Origin: Octopus bimaculoides
Taxonomy: Eukaryota
DNA length: 41,789 nucleotides
Reading direction: 5' to 3'
Assembly (NCBI RefSeq): GCF_001194135.2
Contig: NC_068982.1
Coordinates: 77,390,946-77,432,734, forward strand
Numbering within the stretch: position 1 is the stretch's first letter; each line of letters opens with the position of its first letter. The notes under the pieces were generated by a model that was not told where the DNA came from, did not search any database, and saw only the letters and a program-made list of their open reading frames with translations. Below, one piece after another: positions 35,082-41,789 of the stretch. Both the position numbers and the translations under genes were made by a program.

Positions 35082-35580
35082 NNNNNNNNNNNNNNNNNNN
35101 NNNNNNNNNNNNNNNNNNNNNNNNNNNNNNNNNNNNNNNNNNNNNNNNNNNNNNNNNNNNNNNNNNNNNNNNNNNNNNNNNNNNNNNNNNNNNNNNNNNN
35201 NNNNNNNNNNNNNNNNNNNNNNNNNNNNNNNNNNNNNNNNNNNNNNNNNNNNNNNNNNNNNNNNNNNNNNNNNNNNNNNNNNNNNNNNNNNNNNNNNNNN
35301 NNNNNNNNNNNNNNNNNNNNNNNNNNNNNNNNNNNNNNNNNNNNNNNNNNNNNNNNNNNNNNNNNNNNNNNNNNNNNNNNNNNNNNNNNNNNNNNNNNNN
35401 NNNNNNNNNNNNNNNNNNNNNNNNNNNNNNNNNNNNNNNNNNNNNNNNNNNNNNNNNNNNNNNNNNNNNNNNNNNNNNNNNNNNNNNNNNNNNNNNNNNN
35501 NNNNNNNNNNNNNNNNNNNNNNNNNNNNNNNNNNNNNNNNNNNNNNNNNNNNNNNNNNNNNNNNNNNNNNNNNNNNNNNN
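35082..35580. other. Assembly gap (others at 298-307, 1966-1975, 3851-3866, 4872-4880, 12649-12811)
   Basis: N runs. Confidence 0.99.
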
Positions 35581-35619
35581 GGACCAGCATCCTGTGACTT
35601 GGGAAAGCCCTTTGATTTT

Positions 35620-35656
<37 letters not shown>

Positions 35657-36102
35657 ATACAAAAATAAGAGGAATGACCAGCAAAAGTGGACTCCTATAT
35701 GCTAGAAATAGATGCCGAATCATCTAACCACGAAAAAAATTATATGTTCTCAGTAAAAATTCAGCGACACAACAGACTGTAAAAGGGCAAGACAGATGAA
35801 AAAATACTAAATAAAAAAAACGATTAACCTACGTACCATGGTTTCACCTGTTAAAATTTACATAAGTAAATATCTGCATATTTACTTATCCTGCAGATAT
35901 TTACTTATGTAAATTTTAACATGGTACGTAGGTTAATCGTTTTTTTATTTAGTATTTTTTCATTTGTCTTGCCCTTTTACAGTCTGTTGTGTCGCTGAAT
36001 TTTTACTGAGAACATATAATTTTTTTCGTGGTTAGATGATTCAGCATCTATTTCTAGCATATAGGAGTCCACTTTTGCTGGTCATTCCTCTTATTTTTGT
36101 AT
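35657..36102. repeat. Near-perfect 446-bp palindrome (foldback)
   Basis: Arms of ~210-220 bp, from ATACAAAAATAAGAGG to CCTCTTATTTTTGTAT. I see 2 substitutions and one 10-nt indel, with a 13-nt loop TATTTACTTATCC. Confidence 0.92.
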
Positions 36103-36200
36103 GTAATATAATTTTAATCTTCAGATTTTTTTAATATGCTAGACCACTGGTTCTAATTGATTAATATCAATTTCTACCCTCATAAATAAATTATATATAA

Positions 36201-36560
36201 GTGCAGGCATTGTTGTCTGGCTAGAAGTTTACTTCCCAATCACATGATTCTGGACTCAGTCCCACTGCACCTTGGGTAAGCATCTTCTACTATGGCCTCA
36301 GGCCAACCAAAACCTTGTGAGTAGATTTGGTAGATGGAAACTTGTGTCCTTGTGTCTGTGTTTGTCACCATCACTTGACAACCAGTGTTGGTGTGTTTAT
36401 GTTTCCATAACTTAGTGGTTTGGCAAAAGTGACCAATAGATTAAGTACCAGGCTCTAAAAAAAAGTACTGCGATTGTTTCATTTGACTAGAAATTCTTCC
36501 AGGTGGTGCCCCATCATGGTCGTAGTCTAATGACTGAAACAAGTATAAAAGATAGAAAAA
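36201..36560 (+). mobile_element. Diverged Octopus tRNA-derived SINE (third family)
   Basis: GCAGGCATTGTTGT..GACTCAGTCCCACTGCACCTTGGG..GATTTGGTAG..ATGACTGAAACAAGT, A-rich tail. Confidence 0.65.
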
Positions 36561-36569
36561 AAATGATTA

Positions 36570-36935
36570 CAGGGTGCATTAGCTATTTGAGAACAAAACT
36601 TTTAAGAACTATAAGTATTCCAAACCTTAACTATATATTCTCTCTTTTTTCAGCCCAAACATGAAAGCTTCAGCTTTAATGCAGACAATAATTAGGCATA
36701 CCATTCTCATCACCCTAACCACCAATCACAGTAATTGTGAGATTGTAACCTTCTTAAATGTTGCCAAGTCCTTCATGCTTAAGATTAGAAAAGACCTTCT
36801 GGCCTTTGATGGGAATGTGTTTTTCATAGCTAACAGGAAAAAAATATTTCTCAACATTCAAACATTGTTAGAAAAGTTGAGTTTGTTAAGCAAGTCCAGG
36901 TCATCATCAATGAGAATCTTGGCAAGGCAATGATT
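36570..36935 (+). mobile_element. Tc1/mariner 5' fragment (related to 20742-21782)
   Basis: TA|CAGGGTG terminus; RHTILITL...HSNCEIVTFLNVAKSFMLKIRKDL (HTH region). Confidence 0.65.
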
Positions 36936-37119
36936 TTGTTTGACCCATGCAAGCTAGAGAAAGTAGTTAAAGCAACTCTGATGTCAACACTGAAAATGCT
37001 GCTGTTGATGATTTTGCTGTTTTTTTGTTTTTGTATATTCCTCTTGTTATTCTTATGGATTCCTATGTTTTCATTGCTACAATTATTTTCGCACTTTTTC
37101 TACATGATTTTTTGCAACG

Positions 37120-37200
37120 AATATGATCATTATTGGGATGTAACTCTGGAGGAAGCAATTGCAACAAAATCTCCAAAACAAATCAGAGATCTGTTTTTGG
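37120..37200 (+). mobile_element. Possible Helitron Rep/helicase fragment
   Basis: DHYWDVTLEEAIATKSPKQIRDLF resembles the Helitron D..W..TLEEA....SP.QLR.LF motif; very short. Confidence 0.4.
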
Positions 37201-37749
37201 TGCATGATTTAAGACCCTTTGGGGTGAGGTGCTTAAAAGCTATTTACTAGTTTAAAAGCCGCCCTATCGGGTGGCTCTGATGCTACTGTGTGCGTGTGTG
37301 TGTGTATCGAGCAGCTTACTGTCACAGTTTCTAGTACTTTATTCTCTTCATAACACAAAGATATGTTGCGGCAAACGAATACCGAAGGCTTTCAGTGTTC
37401 TGATTTCTGTAAAGCATTCACGTTTCGTATTTACATAACAGAGCCGAACTACACACAGCTCGGTAAACTAGCCTCTTCGGCATTAGGGTCTGTGTATGAA
37501 TTTGTCTTTTGAAATCAAGTTTCCTCGTCCGAGTTAGCAAAGCCAAGGGAAGTAATTCATACATATTACAAGGGGGAGTACTCAGGGACTTTGAAAGCTA
37601 TAAATCTTAAGCTGAGGAATCATACTGTAGCTATGTTCATTTCTTTCTTAAAGACCTTAGTGTAGTAAGTGAAGATAAAGTAACCATCTTATTGCTATAA
37701 ATCACCTGGATGTTAAATTTAGGTCTATTAAATCTAAAATTTATTTATA

Positions 37750-37894
37750 CCATATTTACTCGTGTATAAGTCGCATTTTAGTATACTTGATTTTAACTGA
37801 GAAAACGGAGGTTCAACAAACAGAGGGGAAAAATTAATGCTAAATTAGGGGTGCAGCTTATTCACGAGTACGACTTATGCACGAGTTAACAAGG
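37750..37894. mobile_element. 145-bp Tigger/pogo-type MITE (degenerate relative at ~39730-39890)
   Basis: TA|CCATATTTACTCGTGTATAAGTCG...CGACTTATGCACGAGTTAACAAGG|TA. Confidence 0.75.
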
Positions 37895-38604
37895 TATGTT
37901 TAAGAAATATTTAAACTGTAAAAGAACGGAGAATGTATTTATGATGTTTAATTTTTGTATTCTACATCGACAGGCAGGAATCTGTGGGGTGGGGGGTGGG
38001 GGTGAGATGACTGAATCGCTTCAGGAATCACGCAGCTGGGCACAGGGAGTTTATAACTAATGAGACATCTCAAATATTTCTCAGAAGGGAAAACTCATGT
38101 CCTGGAAGGAAGGTGCTAGTTTCTAACAAAGATACAAAACTCCATTGTTGGAATATAAATAGCAAAAACGAATGTCACATTTTGGACTTGAGAAAAGTCT
38201 TTCATGTCTTTACTGTTCTGTTTACAGATTGTACGTGTAATGTATGTGTTAGCTGATCGATTTTCATGTATTTCTGTTTGAATGTATATATGTATGTTTG
38301 TATGTATGTATGCATGTATGTGTGTGTCTGTGTATGTATATGTGTGTATGCATGTATGTATGAATGTCTGTATATGTGTATGTCTGTACGTGTGCAAATA
38401 TGCATATATGTATGCATGTATGTAAAATTAACTATGCTAATTGTTGAGCAAAAAACTTTATGCTTATAACCCTAAAACATTCAGAAAAATCACTTGATTA
38501 ATTTGATTTTGTAGTTTATGTTTTAGTGGAGACTTCATTGGGTCATTAATGATAAGTTATATAATTTTAATTAAAGTACTTCACATCATTCTCTCCGCTG
38601 ATCT

Positions 38605-38637
<33 letters not shown>

Positions 38638-38638
38638 A

Positions 38639-38723
<85 letters not shown>

Positions 38724-39949
38724 CATTGATTTCTAAGTTGGGGAAGAATTGTAACTGACCTGAGCTAAACAATAACAACAGCAATAATGTAAGCTATGGT
38801 GGAAACTGTACATGGGCCTATTAGAAATAGCAGCCAAATCTCCCTGAAATTGCATCCTACTGGTACGAATAATGTGTTTCTGGGTCTTCTATACAAGAAT
38901 AAGTCAGAATGGTTGTAGCTGGAATGCCTTTGTTCATAGATTTGTACAATCAGGGCTGGCTGGGTTAATCCCAGTTTTACAGCTGCTAACAATAATCAGT
39001 TACTGTAAAACTAGGGTTAGATTATGATAACACTGTAAGAAAATTAAAAATTTTTTTGTCTTTGGTCACTAAGTGTTCTTTCCTATTTGTTTCTATCTAG
39101 AAATCAAAGGAAATAACTACTGTTCCCTTCAAACTTTGCTGGACATTAATGTTTTGAAACTTACCTATTTTCCATATTTCAGACTGATTCAGTGCTGAGT
39201 TGCTGAAGCAGAAATATCATTATAGAAAATGTTCTGCTCAATATCACAGATTTGCTTGTCATTTGCTTGACCTTAATCACTTGAGAATGTTTCTTAGTGG
39301 CTGACAATATGTGCATCTCTGATCATGAGCAAGATTAGTGGGAGAGTATCATAGTCATGTGTTGAGAGGGATTCTTTGGGGTTTGAATAAATGTAACAAA
39401 AGCAAAGTTTGAAGGAAATATTAGCCATTTTTCATACTTTCAAGGGGTAAGCAAATAGGAAATAACAGTTGCTACCCAAGGACAAAAACCATGTTACACT
39501 GTCTAATTGCTGATATAACCAAATATTGCTAACTTTTGTTTTAATGAAGTAATATTTGTCTTTAGCAAGTTAGATAGCTGGCGCCTGCAGTTGTATCTAT
39601 CCACACATAAATATTTCTACTCATTCATTCAGATATATCCATCCGTTGATCTGTCTGTCCATTCCTTGTCCCTCAACTAAATAATGGTTTCTAATACAGG
39701 CAGAAAGCCACAAAGAAAGGTTATTAATTACATTATTTACTCATGTATATGTCACACTATTTTATACTTGATTTTAACTGAAAATACTGGGGTGCCACTT
39801 ATACATGCAAAAAAGCTAAAACTATGAAGGGGAATGGTTTTATACCAAGGCTTAATGCTAAATTAAGAGTGTGGCTTATACATGAACTTTTAATTGAAGT
39901 ATAAGGCCTTGGGGGAAGCAGAGTTGTTGATTTTATTGGTTTCAAATTT

Positions 39950-40630
39950 TGACAGAAGGCCAGTAATTTTTGGGGAGGAGTAAGTTGATTACATCAACCC
40001 CAGTGCTCAACTGGTACTTGTTTTATCAATTCTGAAAGGATGAAAGGCAAAGTCAACCCCAGTGGAATCTGAACTCAGGACGTAAAGACCAATGAAATGT
40101 TACTAAGCATTTAGCCTGATGCAGTAATGATTCTGACACCAGTATTTGACTGATATTCTATTTTGTTGACCATGAAGAGTGAAAGGCAAAGTCAATTTTC
40201 TTGTTTCCTTTTGCTAAAACTTTATACTTTATTGTCATAGAAAGTTGGCTATTTAGTGTTGTGTGTATGTGTGTGCTTATGTGGGTGTTGTATGTGTGTG
40301 CATATATTTTTTTAAATCATTTTTCTTGAGCCACAAGACTTATAAAACAGGTTTACCAGTTTGCATGGCATATAAACGACCAGGATCATAACAACCCCTT
40401 GAATTAGATGCTAGTCCATTGCAGGTTTCAAAGCCAACAATTCTAGTGGAGAGAGGATTAGTCAATTACATCGATTCTAATACTTGACTTAGTACTTTAT
40501 TTTATCATTGTCAAAAGGATGAAAGTTGATCTCAGTGGGATTTGAACTCAGAACATAAAGAGCCAGAAGATATGCCACCAAGAATTTTGTCTATCATACT
40601 AAAGTTTTTGTCAGCTTGCCAGGTTGTGTG
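39950..40630 (-). mobile_element. Two to three decayed SINE copies (20173 family)
   Basis: ACCCCAGT..ACTGGTACT..GAAAGGATGAAAGGCAAAGTC..GAACTCAG at ~39995-40080, with partial copies at ~40160 and ~40510. Confidence 0.65.
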
Positions 40631-40769
40631 GATATATGTACTCATAAATATTTGTATTCCTCTTTCTGTCAACCTCAGCATGTCCCAAGATCCAATTTTG
40701 TCTCTTTCTACTCTCTTCCTTCTCTCTACATGACAATGTTTTACTTGCCACCATGTCTAACAACATTCA

Positions 40770-41195
40770 CTCTTACAGAGATGTGATGACACTACTCTTT
40801 ATTCTCCAACTATGCACCATTCACTCACAACCAAGACCCTACACATCAAACCTGTATTAACTTCATAAAGAGAGGCTTTGAAACATCCTACAATAGCAAT
40901 ATATCAATCTCATCTCTTTCAACACCAACAACCAACCCCAACTCCTCTAATACTCCTCATATCAAAACATCATTGCACCACAACCACCTTAATCATATAA
41001 CAGCACTCAGTTAGAGTCCTCGGATTCACTCCAAGTGCTATATCTTACTATCATCTAGGACCTCTTCTCGTGAAAGTACATCCTTATCTTAGCTAGGACC
41101 ACATCTCAATGACTGGTCCTTCTCTTCAGGACCAAAATATTCTTTAGTCCCAAACAATTACTGATACCCTACAAAGCTCAGACGTTTGAAAAATA
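40770..41195 (+). mobile_element. Highly decayed LINE RT C-terminal fragment (CR1/Jockey-like)
   Basis: Stop-riddled ISFNTN...LARTTSQ*LVLLFRTKIFFSPKQLLIPYKAQ, resembling ...YF..QL.LYKAQIRP. Confidence 0.5.
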
Positions 41196-41450
41196 GATTC
41201 AGTTGGAAGTCACTATAAGCTAACAGGAAACGGAGCTAGCTTAAACAAAAATATACTGTCCATTATGAGGCAGAGTTGTGGCTAATGTCATCCAGAATTT
41301 TGCAGAGCGATGCTAGCATAAAGGAAATAGGTTGTTCATGATGTGACAAATTGAGAGCTGATATAATTCAGAATTAGCCTTGCAAAGTTGATGTGAAAAA
41401 CAAAGAGGCTGTTCCATGATGAAGAAGCAATGTTAGTGGTCTGCAGTCTA

Positions 41451-41789
41451 TCATCATCATCATCATCATCATCATCGTTTAACGTCCGCTTTCCATGCTA
41501 GCATGGGTTGGACGATTTGACTGAGGACTGGTGAAACCGGATGGCAACACCAGGCTCCAATCTAATTTGGCAAAGTTTCTACAGCTGGATGCCCTTCCTA
41601 ACACCAACCACTCAGAGAGTGTAGTGGGTGCTTTTACGTGTCACCCGCACGAAAATGGCCACGCTCGAAATGGTGTCTTTTATGTGCCACCCGCACAGGC
41701 CAGTCCAGGGGCACTGGCAATGATCTCGCTCGAAAATCCTACGGGAGCCAGTCAGGCGGTACTGGCAACGGCCACGCTCAAAATGGTGC
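41451..41789 (-). mobile_element. RTE-type 3' tail with (GAT)n end, runs off the window
   Basis: (CAT)n CGTTTAACGTCCGCTTTCCATGCTAGCATGGGTTGGACG. Confidence 0.7.

Noticed and set aside
34993-35668. Four ORFs of about 200 aa
   Set aside because: They consist almost entirely of N-gap read-through.

Overview
Eukaryotic, AT-rich, repeat-saturated draft-assembly DNA with several N gaps. The SINE families, RTE LINEs with (CAT)n tails and very dense microsatellites look like an Octopus (coleoid cephalopod) genome; this is recalled from familiarity, not from a search. Nearly all short ORFs in the track are microsatellite read-through or decayed transposon fragments. The one intact gene is an uninterrupted 5-kb ORF (first ATG 25351, stop 30375, about 1674 aa). 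It has a basic N-terminal segment followed by what reads as six diverged ~220-270-aa repeats of a mollusc NHL/TRIM-type beta-propeller, with no RING/B-box, signal peptide or TM segment that I can see. This is the best candidate for something undescribed. The rest is nested mobile DNA: a Gypsy-type LTR with a duplicated tRNA-Trp PBS plus a solo LTR, R4/Dong-like RLE retroelements in (TACA)n tracts, a Chapaev3-like transposase split by a hAT element, a TIR element carrying telomere-type repeats, hAT, Tc1/mariner and pogo elements, RTE/Tx1/CR1 LINE fragments, SINE clusters and a near-perfect 446-bp palindrome. All family assignments are by-eye motif recognition, and boundaries without a TIR/TSD are approximate.
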